From assembly GCA_963667015.2 (NCBI GenBank), contig CAXXJJ010000001.1, forward strand, positions 1,984,001-2,048,000: a stretch of 64,000 nt of DNA, in the 5' to 3' direction. The DNA is from Desulfatiglandales bacterium (GTDB taxonomy: Bacteria; Desulfobacterota; DSM-4660; Desulfatiglandales; HGW-15). Of this stretch, positions 31,730-40,034 are shown in pieces. Each line of letters starts with the position of its first letter. Within the stretch, counting starts at the first letter, position 1. The notes below the pieces were generated by a model that did not search any database, was not told the origin of the DNA, and worked only from the letters and a program-made list of their open reading frames with translations. The position numbers and the translations under genes are program-made.

Positions 31730-32533
31730 TTATGCCGATCCGAGAAAGTCCTTCTTTTTTAGTGTTTTATACTCTACTATCTTAACATTAACAGGTAATC
31801 CTCCAGATTTTAGAGCGATTGAAAGATCCCTGGCTTCTTCAAGGGTAAAGTTGCCGGTTATCTGTGCCCTTCCTCCTGATATTTTTTCTTTAATAATCGG
31901 AGCGGCATTGACGATATTGTCCAACAAAATAGCTAATTTTCTTTCTGTGTTTTCCGCTGTTATTTTTTCAAATATCCGTGCTCCTTCCGAATTAAAAGAA
32001 ATGATTATAAAAGGCTCATCGTCTCTATCAATGCTGACGCTTACATCATCAAGATATTTACCGGATAATAAAACCTTTCTTTTTAAAAGAAAGGGTATCT
32101 TTCTACTATTTCCTGATGTTTCATCCATCTTATAACGGATTTCATCATCATTTGGTATGTTTCCATTTAAGGCCTCATCTAAACTGTTTTCCTCATCTAC
32201 AAGCTTGAATTCCAGATTTGCCGATTTGCTTATCAGTTGAACTACCCTATCTGGGTTTTTCCATGAGGGCAATTGGATTATGATTTGTCGATTATCGTTA
32301 ATTCTTACTATTCTATTTTTAAAGCCAAACTCTTTAATCCTTGATTCTATAATTGCAGCGACTTTTTTTGCATTCTCTATATCTATAGCTGGATCTCCTT
32401 TCGATTCAGCTTCAAGAACTACTTGAATACCGCCCTGAAAATGATTCCATGTCGGTTCCGATTGACAATGAAAAAGACATAAGCACATCATAATGGCTAC
32501 TAATAATCCGACAGATATTTTAATCATTCTCAA
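31730..32533 (-). CDS. SecD periplasmic (P1) domain-only protein, gene cassette
   Basis: GGIQVVLEA, ANLEFKLVDE, LAILLDN..APII.E.I.GG.AQITGNFT.EEARDLSIALKSGGLP; no C-terminal TM domain. Confidence 0.8.
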   Translation of the reverse strand: MRMIKISVGLLVAIMMCLCLFHCQSEPTWNHFQGGIQVVLEAESKGDPAIDIENAKKVAAIIESRIKEFGFKNRIVRINDNRQIIIQLPSWKNPDRVVQLISKSANLEFKLVDEENSLDEALNGNIPNDDEIRYKMDETSGNSRKIPFLLKRKVLLSGKYLDDVSVSIDRDDEPFIIISFNSEGARIFEKITAENTERKLAILLDNIVNAAPIIKEKISGGRAQITGNFTLEEARDLSIALKSGGLPVNVKIVEYKTLKKKDFLGSA

Positions 32534-32581
32534 GCTCCTTTAAACACCATATGGTAACTTCTTTTTAGTATCTTATTGTAC

Positions 32582-32709
32582 TCCGAACGAAAAATTAACA
32601 CGCGTGCGGCAAGCTGCCACTAAAGATTATTAAAAATATAAATATCGCAAATCTCAAAAGACCGATTCGGCAAGATAGTAAGCACGTCTTGTTGAATGAC
32701 ATGTTATAC
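32582..32709 (-). other. attC site (128 bp)
   Basis: R'' GTATAAC right after TAG stop ... R' GTTCGGA; longer central loop. Confidence 0.8.
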
Positions 32710-33075
32710 CTAAAATTGTACAGATTCATGCCATCGGCAAGTGTCCATTACTACCCACTCGCCTTTAATTAAATGAAACCACATGCTGATGAAGTAATCT
32801 CCATCTTTCCACCTTAATTCTTTGATTTCAACATTTTGATTTTCCGGTTTTGAAAGAGGATAAAATTTGAATACATTTTTACGAAATTCACCAATTGCAT
32901 TTTTAACTTTGTATTGTTCTTGATGAATTGGATTTCCTAAAATATTCGTTACTTCATTTTCAGTTAACCCGTGAAGTTTCTCTATTTTTGACACAGAGAC
33001 TTCACCGGTAGATACACAAGATGTAATAACTGTAAAAAGCAAACTAATGATGGTTATTAAGATAATTTTTTTCAT
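32710..33075 (-). CDS. Hypothetical lipoprotein, gene cassette
   Basis: Signal peptide ending ITSC; flanked by attC sites. Confidence 0.78.
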   Translation of the reverse strand: MKKIILITIISLLFTVITSCVSTGEVSVSKIEKLHGLTENEVTNILGNPIHQEQYKVKNAIGEFRKNVFKFYPLSKPENQNVEIKELRWKDGDYFISMWFHLIKGEWVVMDTCRWHESVQF

Positions 33076-33083
33076 AGCTTTTG

Positions 33084-33147
33084 GTATAACGATTCGGCTC
33101 AGGAGCGGCGTGGTTTTTACGCTGTCACCTGAAGCCGGTTGTTATGC
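33084..33147 (-). other. attC site (64 bp)
   Basis: R'' GCATAAC ... R' GTTATAC. Confidence 0.88.
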
Positions 33148-33152
33148 CGTCT

Positions 33153-34211
33153 TTATGATTTTATATTGGCGCTAATAAGTTGAATTAACAACCTTTTGTC
33201 TTTATCAATAGGGTGTTCAGCATATAACCCGACGATACCAGCACATGCCTTGAGTGGGGACCGTGGTTTCGTCATTATTATTGATGCTCTTAAAGCAATT
33301 TTACCATTAAAAAATAATCTAAGAGGTTGTTCATATACAGGGAATTCTATTCCAAAACCACCTGCCTTAAAAGGATGAACATCAGTAAAATAATAATTGA
33401 TATTTGTACTTATGCCAGGATTAGTAATGATTGACCAGATGGATGGTTTATTAATGACCTTATATACTATTTCCTTAAATTCATCTATTGCCATAGCCGC
33501 ATCATAAAATGATCTAAGGGCAAAATAAAAATCGAATCCTATTCGCTCTTCCTCATCAGTAGGATGTACGATCTTGATAAAAGATTTCCCTTTCTCTATG
33601 TCATTTTCCGAAATAGGATTTGATGAACCTATATAAAAAAAATCTCTTTCTTTTGCTCCGGCTTCTTCAACCCTCTTGGCTAAGACTAAAGATCTTTCAG
33701 CGTATATTTCCAGATCACAGTTCAATTTTTCCTGACTGATCAATACCCTATATGGATTATTTAATTGTTTAATATATCTTTTATCAGAATTGGATTTTGA
33801 TGCTGTAAATGGTCCTATAAGCTTTAGATTCAAAGCTGTCTTTGTGTTCTTGAATTTAAATACCCTGCCAGTTGAAGTATACACAGTTTCATCAGGAAGA
33901 GGTTTTAACTGAGATTCTTCAGTTGTAACAATGTCCTGTGTGATAATCGTAAACCACTGCTGCATTGAAGATCCACGATATAATGTTATAAGGAAATTAA
34001 CACAATTCCCTTTCTCTGATTTTGAATCGTCGTCTCTTATTTCTATATGATTAAGAGCAATATCATGTTTATTCGCAAATTCAACGAGCGATGGAAATGG
34101 AGTGATTATAGAATCAGGTATCTTTAATGGTACCTCATCAATGTTTTGAGCTTCTGCAGTTCCAATGAAAAAAAAGATTAATACCGCAAATTTAATGAAT
34201 TTATATAACAT
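33153..34211 (-). CDS. Hypothetical secreted protein, first gene cassette
   Basis: Signal peptide (AEA|Q); entry GTTATGC (34251-34245) matches its R'' GCATAAC. Confidence 0.8.
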   Translation of the reverse strand: MLYKFIKFAVLIFFFIGTAEAQNIDEVPLKIPDSIITPFPSLVEFANKHDIALNHIEIRDDDSKSEKGNCVNFLITLYRGSSMQQWFTIITQDIVTTEESQLKPLPDETVYTSTGRVFKFKNTKTALNLKLIGPFTASKSNSDKRYIKQLNNPYRVLISQEKLNCDLEIYAERSLVLAKRVEEAGAKERDFFYIGSSNPISENDIEKGKSFIKIVHPTDEEERIGFDFYFALRSFYDAAMAIDEFKEIVYKVINKPSIWSIITNPGISTNINYYFTDVHPFKAGGFGIEFPVYEQPLRLFFNGKIALRASIIMTKPRSPLKACAGIVGLYAEHPIDKDKRLLIQLISANIKS

Positions 34212-34306
34212 TTTGATACCTCAAAGATTCATCTGGCTTGAAAAGCATAACGTTTAAGATTGTATGTGGAGTGAAGCAAAAAAAATATCCTGTTCCTAGT
34301 TCAGAA

Positions 34307-34534
34307 TCAGTAATTTATATATAAAGATGGTAAAAAGCTAGGCTTCATTCCATATACAATCATGTTGTACTTAGCCGCGGCCCATTGCCTATGGGGATTG
34401 TATACCTGTATTATCTGTTTTGTGTTTTTAAGATGTTGCACTTTTTTGAGTTTTGAATAGCCTTTTACCTTATTGCCACTAAATGTATGATATTGCAAAC
34501 CTAATTTATTTCGATTTTTTGCCTTTGTTAACAT
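34307..34534 (-). CDS. Small basic hypothetical ORF inside the element
   Basis: 75 aa with GGAG shortly upstream of the ATG; no recognisable motif. Confidence 0.25.
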   Translation of the reverse strand: MLTKAKNRNKLGLQYHTFSGNKVKGYSKLKKVQHLKNTKQIIQVYNPHRQWAAAKYNMIVYGMKPSFLPSLYINY

Positions 34535-34592
34535 AGGTCTCCATTACTCTGAAGGGAGGTTTTTAAAATTGTTATTTTATTATAAAACATTA

Positions 34593-35780
34593 TCATGCTG
34601 GGGGAGACCTTGCTTTTAAAGGATGTATCTTCTGCTTTCGTACCATCCTTCCTTTTTTGCAATATGGACAAAGTCTTGGATCTGTCCCAGTTATTCTATA
34701 AAGAAGATCTTCCCAACTTTCCTTTCCCTTCTCGTGTTTGCTTTCTTCCTGTTTAACTCCAAGGATGTCTCTACATTTTTTGAGCTTTTCGGATTTATAT
34801 CGATTACTAAGAATGCCATATTGGCGGATCTTCATAAAACCATCAGGCAATATGTGATATAGAAACCTGCGGATAAACTCAGAAGCTTCCAGGGTCATCG
34901 GTTTTACTTTGTCGTTGTCCTGACGGTCCCTGTATTTAAATGTTACTTTGCCATTCTCTATATCTTCGATCCGGTTGTTCGTTATTGCAACCCTGTGGGT
35001 ATATCTTCCGAGATAATCAATAACATCCTCCGGGTACTTAAAGGGAGGTTTGCAGTACACAACCCATTCTTTTTTGTAAAGCTCAGAGCAAAATCTGTTA
35101 AAGGCTTCTTCCGTCTCAATGTCTTTGATCTTACCCGGAAAGACAAGCTTCCCCTCCTGGTATGCCTTTTTCAGATAATAAAGATATTTGCCTCTGAACA
35201 CACTGGACAGAACCTTTACGTGTATAAAAAAATCATTCTTGCAGGATATCCATCTCTTGCCATCAGGGGATAATCCTCCACCGGTTACAATATAGTGCAT
35301 GTGAGGATGATGTGTTAATGTCTGTGACCATGTGTGCAGGATACCGATAAAACCCGGTAGTGCGCCGAGGTGTTTTGCGTCCGCGCTCAGTTCCTTTAAT
35401 GTCTCTGATGAGGCCTTGAAAAGGATACTGTAGCTTACAGCCTGGTTTCTCAGGCTTAAGGGGCTTAACTCTGACGGCTTGGTAAACACCACATGAAAAT
35501 AGTTAACAGGAAGTACTTCCTGTTTGCGTGATTCAAGCCATCTCTCCTTGTCCAGACACTGGCATTTTGGACAGTGTCTGTTCCTGCATGAATTGTATGA
35601 TATCTTTATGGCTTCACAGGTATCACACTCATCTTTATGGCCGCCCAATACCGATGTGCGGCAGACTTCAATCGCGTTCATTGCCTTATGATGCCTCAAA
35701 GGCATCTTCCCGGCATTGGCAGTTCTATATTCCCCGCCATAAACACGAAAGATGTCGGCCACTTCTGTGTGGCCTTTCAT
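34593..35780 (-). CDS. IS91 family transposase (Zn-binding + HUH/Y2)
   Basis: YNSCRNRHCPKCQ, YFHVVFT, LHTW...HPHMH (HUH), YLGRYTHR (Y2), EFIRRFL.HILP.GF.KIR.YG. Confidence 0.95.
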   Translation of the reverse strand: MKGHTEVADIFRVYGGEYRTANAGKMPLRHHKAMNAIEVCRTSVLGGHKDECDTCEAIKISYNSCRNRHCPKCQCLDKERWLESRKQEVLPVNYFHVVFTKPSELSPLSLRNQAVSYSILFKASSETLKELSADAKHLGALPGFIGILHTWSQTLTHHPHMHYIVTGGGLSPDGKRWISCKNDFFIHVKVLSSVFRGKYLYYLKKAYQEGKLVFPGKIKDIETEEAFNRFCSELYKKEWVVYCKPPFKYPEDVIDYLGRYTHRVAITNNRIEDIENGKVTFKYRDRQDNDKVKPMTLEASEFIRRFLYHILPDGFMKIRQYGILSNRYKSEKLKKCRDILGVKQEESKHEKGKESWEDLLYRITGTDPRLCPYCKKGRMVRKQKIHPLKARSPPA

Positions 35781-35794
35781 GACTCAAGGCCACA

Positions 35795-36646
35795 CTATAT
35801 CTCAGGCTCGTCATCATCCTTGAGTAGATCTATCGGGCTCTTTATCTTCACAATATCTCTTTTGGCTACATGGATATAGATCTCTGTTGTCTTAACACTG
35901 CTGTGTCCCAAAAGTTTTTGTATATAGTAGATATCTGCCCCGGATTCCAGAAGGTGGGTTGCAAAGCTGTGACGAAGTGTATGGAGACTTGCTTTCTTAT
36001 GGATATTTGATAGGCCAACTGACTTTTTAAAAGCCTTGCCTACCGTCGATGCATCAATATGGCGGTCTTTTGTTCTGGATGGAAACAGATAGCTTGTGGG
36101 CTGATATACTTTCCAATAGTCGCGGAGTATATCAAGAGCCTTTTCGCCTAAAAGAGTATAACGCTCCTTTGATCCCTTACCAAAAACCTTTATCAACATC
36201 CTTTTACTGTCGATGTCTCCTATCTTGAGGTTTACGACTTCATCACTTCTGAGTCCGCCGGAATATATTGTCATCAAAATAGCTTTGTGCTTCAGGTTGT
36301 TTGTATTTTTAAATATCTTTTCTACTTCCTCCATTGATAACACTACAGGAAGTTTCTTGGGCTGTTTGCTTCTTGGGGTCTTTTCCTCGTTCCAATCCCT
36401 TTCAAGTGTTATCTTATAGAAAAATCTGAATGCACTGTAAGCCTGGTTTACAGTCGATTGTTTTGCTTTCCGATCTTTTAACAGGTAATGGAGAAAATCA
36501 CGTATCTCTTCGTCCCCAAGTAGATCCGGAGATTTTCCATTTTGTTTGGAAAGCCTCCAAACCCAGTCAAGGTAGGTCTGTTTAGTCCTTGGACTGAATC
36601 CCCTTAACTCCATATCCTTTATCATTTTGTCTTTTAATTTGCCCAT
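35795..36646 (-). CDS. Tyrosine recombinase (N-terminal SAM-like domain), not a canonical IntI
   Basis: Catalytic R (GGLRSDE), K (GKGSKER), HTLRHSFATH, LGH, Y (TTEIY); 283 aa; lacks the IntI-specific insertion before YLFPS. Confidence 0.92.
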   Translation of the reverse strand: MGKLKDKMIKDMELRGFSPRTKQTYLDWVWRLSKQNGKSPDLLGDEEIRDFLHYLLKDRKAKQSTVNQAYSAFRFFYKITLERDWNEEKTPRSKQPKKLPVVLSMEEVEKIFKNTNNLKHKAILMTIYSGGLRSDEVVNLKIGDIDSKRMLIKVFGKGSKERYTLLGEKALDILRDYWKVYQPTSYLFPSRTKDRHIDASTVGKAFKKSVGLSNIHKKASLHTLRHSFATHLLESGADIYYIQKLLGHSSVKTTEIYIHVAKRDIVKIKSPIDLLKDDDEPEI

Positions 36647-36809
36647 AAGTAATCTCCTTTTTGTCTTGAGGTTAACGATCCCTCAATTATCCTCTAAAGG
36701 AGATTTTTATGAAGTATCTTTAGGATATAAGACTATTCAATTGTCAAAGAACTTTGACTTTCGTTTTTAAGCCACCGCGAAGCGGTTTAGTACAACATAT
36801 AGTAGACTG

Positions 36810-36906
36810 CCTAATAGCCGTGTTATTTTACGGCTATTAGGTCATACTAAATTGTTTATACGGCTGATTAGTCGTCTAATACCACATATTGTCGTATTAG
36901 ACGACT
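36810..36906. repeat. Two perfect hairpins next to the element boundary
   Basis: cctaatagccgt-N8-acggctattagg (36810-36841) and agtcgtctaatac-N11-gtattagacgact (36870-36906). Confidence 0.85.
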
Positions 36907-37124
36907 TTTTAGCAATCTATTTTTATTACTTTTAGTAAACGAAATAAATTGGAATCACTTCTTCAACTTGTAAATAATCTTCAATCTTCTGGACGCACAA
37001 GACAGATGGATTCTCGAATTCAGTGTGAAGATAATGCCCATTAGCTTATAATTTTGGAGCGTTGATCTATAAACAGTTATCAATTAACAATTATTTAAAA
37101 ATAGTTGAGAATGAAAAGACTTTA

Positions 37125-37191
37125 ATGCAGTTATTCATTAAACCCGAAAAAATATAGTTATTCTTAAAATTTAATTAAGAATAATTCAAGA
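37125..37191. repeat. 67-bp direct repeat (second copy at 39902-39968)
   Basis: Ungapped manual alignment gives 54/67 identical. Confidence 0.8.
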
Positions 37192-37360
37192 AAAGAAAAG
37201 ACAGTGGGCAGAGGCTAGCTGCCTTCGTTTGCAGCTATGCCGTGCCATGGAAATCAGGACAAAAGAGGAAAGAAAAAGATTTCTCCCTTTGGTCGAAATG
37301 ACAGAAAACGAAAATATTACAATTACTACACAGCCTGTTTGCGGGAATGACGAATTATAT

Positions 37361-39010
37361 CTAATTTAAAATATAGGTTTTCCTCCTGATAATGCGATTA
37401 AAAAACGACATTATTAAAAACAGGAGGCCGCATATCCCGATTAATATCCAGGTATCCAGCATCAATGCAAGAAAAACCAGACCAATTGAGATCCCCATAA
37501 TAATTAGCCCTATGAACATCCTGGCTGTGAGATCACCCCTTTCTATCATATCTCTTGATTGAGTAAATGGCAGTGACACTTTTGAAAAAATGACAGAAAG
37601 TTGAGAATTCATGATTATCAGCAAACATCCCATAATCAGGCCAGGGACCTTTGAAATATCCCAGATAGTTATTGTAAGCACAAGCAGGAGAACTGCTACC
37701 GGAAGGAAGAATTTAAAGAGCATTGCCTTGATGGCTCCGGTAAGAAGATACCCGTGATCTTTAATCGGAAGAGCCCTGTAAATCCAGGAACCTTCAGGCG
37801 TGTCAGAGAATGGCAGCTGGGTAATAGCGCTGGTTCCGAAAAAACCTAAAAAGAGAAGAAAGAAAAAGTTTTTACTGTCACCAAGCTTTTCCATTGTAGC
37901 AGCAACACTTGAGAAATCCGGTTTAAGCATCAGTATTGCCAGTACCGCCATTATCCCGAAGGAAGGATAAACCGCCTGCTTGAACTTACGGTCACGTTTT
38001 GTGATTGCCATGGTAAGTTTCCAGCCCATTCGTTCGACATCTGATATACAAAAAATCCGGCCCGGGCTGAATCCCGTTCTGCTCTTTACTGCCCTCTTAC
38101 CCTTTCCGGCTATGTCAGTCTCAACAGCACCTTCGCTTAGCACATCTACAAATCCGGAAGAAAGATATTTGATCATGAAGGAGGCCCCGGCAATGGACAC
38201 AAACAGTGCAGTCAGTGCAAGTATTGCATTCTCACTGCTGGCGGACCTGCCACTGAACAGATCAACAAAACCTGCGAGCCATACAGGCGGAATAAAATAG
38301 GTCCACCAGTGAATATCCATTGATAGATTATTGATTATACTTTTTTGTAAAATTCTCGGGACTATCTGGTAACCCCCAAAAATGAGGATTGACATAAAAA
38401 TCTGCAGATAGTTCAGCATATCTTTGAAACGTTCTCCTGAAACCACTTTTGACAGGGCTATGTATAGAAGCGAGGTAAGAAGAAGGGTAATCCAGGCACA
38501 GAGGCCCAGAGCTATCCAGAAGGCAATAAAGTTAAGGATGCCATACTTAAACAGAATAATGACTGACGGTACCAGGCTTATGGCTGCTGCAATAAACCCG
38601 ATATAGACCAGAATGTGCAGCAGTCTGCTTATAAGCAGGGTTCGGTTGTTTACAGGGCGGACCAGCAGAATCTGGTTATCCCGGTGATCAAAAAGCACAC
38701 TTGAATACCCGGAGATAATAGTAAAGCCAAGCAGCACCATGATCATGGAAAAGATGATAGTAAGATTGAGCAGTAAATTATTTATCGGAATGAGCGAGAG
38801 TGAAACAAATATCCCTAAAAACGAGTTTACTATCACCTGTGTCCTGAATGAGTTAAAGGGTTTACCCGAACCTTTTTTCTTTGAGGATTTGGGCCGAAAA
38901 TCAATAGTCAGCTTTGTCTTAAGAATATTCTCAACCTGGCTGTAGTCTGCCCCACACCATTTGATCGGAGATCTAAAAAGACCAATTAAAAATATTACTA
39001 TTTTCTGCAT
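37361..39010 (-). CDS. ABC transporter permease
   Basis: Multi-TM; RDRKFKQAVYP motif; coupled to the ATPase. Confidence 0.85.
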   Translation of the reverse strand: MQKIVIFLIGLFRSPIKWCGADYSQVENILKTKLTIDFRPKSSKKKGSGKPFNSFRTQVIVNSFLGIFVSLSLIPINNLLLNLTIIFSMIMVLLGFTIISGYSSVLFDHRDNQILLVRPVNNRTLLISRLLHILVYIGFIAAAISLVPSVIILFKYGILNFIAFWIALGLCAWITLLLTSLLYIALSKVVSGERFKDMLNYLQIFMSILIFGGYQIVPRILQKSIINNLSMDIHWWTYFIPPVWLAGFVDLFSGRSASSENAILALTALFVSIAGASFMIKYLSSGFVDVLSEGAVETDIAGKGKRAVKSRTGFSPGRIFCISDVERMGWKLTMAITKRDRKFKQAVYPSFGIMAVLAILMLKPDFSSVAATMEKLGDSKNFFFLLFLGFFGTSAITQLPFSDTPEGSWIYRALPIKDHGYLLTGAIKAMLFKFFLPVAVLLLVLTITIWDISKVPGLIMGCLLIIMNSQLSVIFSKVSLPFTQSRDMIERGDLTARMFIGLIIMGISIGLVFLALMLDTWILIGICGLLFLIMSFFNRIIRRKTYILN

Positions 39011-39012
39011 TC

Positions 39013-39777
39013 CTAGCGCTCCTCAAAGGCTTTGCTGAAAATATCAGATTTAAATCCGTTATCATGATTGCCTGTAAGATCGGCAAAGAGTCTTTCAAGT
39101 GTTTCGGAGTTTTCTGTTTTAAGCTCATCAAAAGTACCGTCAGCCAGCACCCTGCCGTCGTTAATGAGAATTATTCTATCTGCAATTTTCTCCACAATAT
39201 CCATCAGGTGCGAACAGAAGAATATGGTTTTTCCTTCTGCCGCCATTCGTGAAAGCATCTCCTTTACGAGAATAACCGAGTTGGCATCCAGACCTGCAAG
39301 GGGTTCATCGAGGAAGATAATATCCGGGTTATTGATAATCCCTGCCATAAGCAGAATCTTCTGCTTCATGCCTTTTGAAAAGGTATCCATGCGCTGATCT
39401 GCATTTTCCTCCATGCCGAAGAAAGAGATCAAATGGTCAATTCTTCCTTTCAGCTTATCTTCATTGATTCCATAGAGGGTCCCGATGAAGCTCAGGTATT
39501 CCCGGGGAGTTAAAAGATCGTACAGGGCGCCGTTTTCCGGCACATAACCTATGCGTTTTTTTATCTCCAGGCTTTGGGATTTTAAATCCATGCCAAATAC
39601 ACTGATATCTCCTGCATATTCGGTGATTATTCCGCAAAGGATTTTTACTGTGGTACTTTTTCCAGCCCCGTTCGGACCTATGTACCCGATAATCTGACCC
39701 GGCTGAACTTCAAGATCAATGCCCCTTAAAACCTCATTGATACCAAAATATTTTGTTAAACCCTTGATAGATATCAT
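39013..39777 (-). CDS. ABC transporter ATP-binding protein
   Basis: GPNGAGKST, FSKGMKQK, FLDEP. Confidence 0.95.
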   Translation of the reverse strand: MISIKGLTKYFGINEVLRGIDLEVQPGQIIGYIGPNGAGKSTTVKILCGIITEYAGDISVFGMDLKSQSLEIKKRIGYVPENGALYDLLTPREYLSFIGTLYGINEDKLKGRIDHLISFFGMEENADQRMDTFSKGMKQKILLMAGIINNPDIIFLDEPLAGLDANSVILVKEMLSRMAAEGKTIFFCSHLMDIVEKIADRIILINDGRVLADGTFDELKTENSETLERLFADLTGNHDNGFKSDIFSKAFEER

Positions 39778-40034
39778 AAGCAGTTCCTTTTTTAACTTTT
39801 ATCAATAGACCAGATATTAAGCATGGTACTCCCATAAACAGACTGCAGCCACAAGTTTATATGTTTTAATAAGCTTTGATTTTTATTTAAGAAAGATTTT
39901 GATGCGGTAATTCAATATACGCTAAAAGATACAGCTATTCTTAAAACTTATTCAGGAATAATTCAAGATTTATTACCAGCTTGATAGACTGAAGGCTGTA
40001 GACTGTTAAGGGTAGATATAAACCGCTTTACATT

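Larger units (their letters stand above)
34249..36796 (-). mobile_element. IS91-family element carrying a tyrosine recombinase and a Y2 transposase, located at the head (attI position) of the cassette array
   Basis: Minus-strand ends: GTTGTACTAAACCGCTTCGCGGT (hairpin) ... CATACAATCTTAAAC-GTT; removing the element leaves CTATAT-GTTATGC. Confidence 0.75.

Noticed and set aside
35795..36646. Calling the recombinase an integron integrase (intI)
   Set aside because: Short (283 aa), lacks the IntI-specific insertion, co-oriented with the cassettes and paired with an IS91 transposase.
36907..37120. Remnant of a divergent intI on the + strand
   Set aside because: No ORF or recognisable integrase motif by eye; a tBLASTn search would be needed to exclude a decayed fragment.
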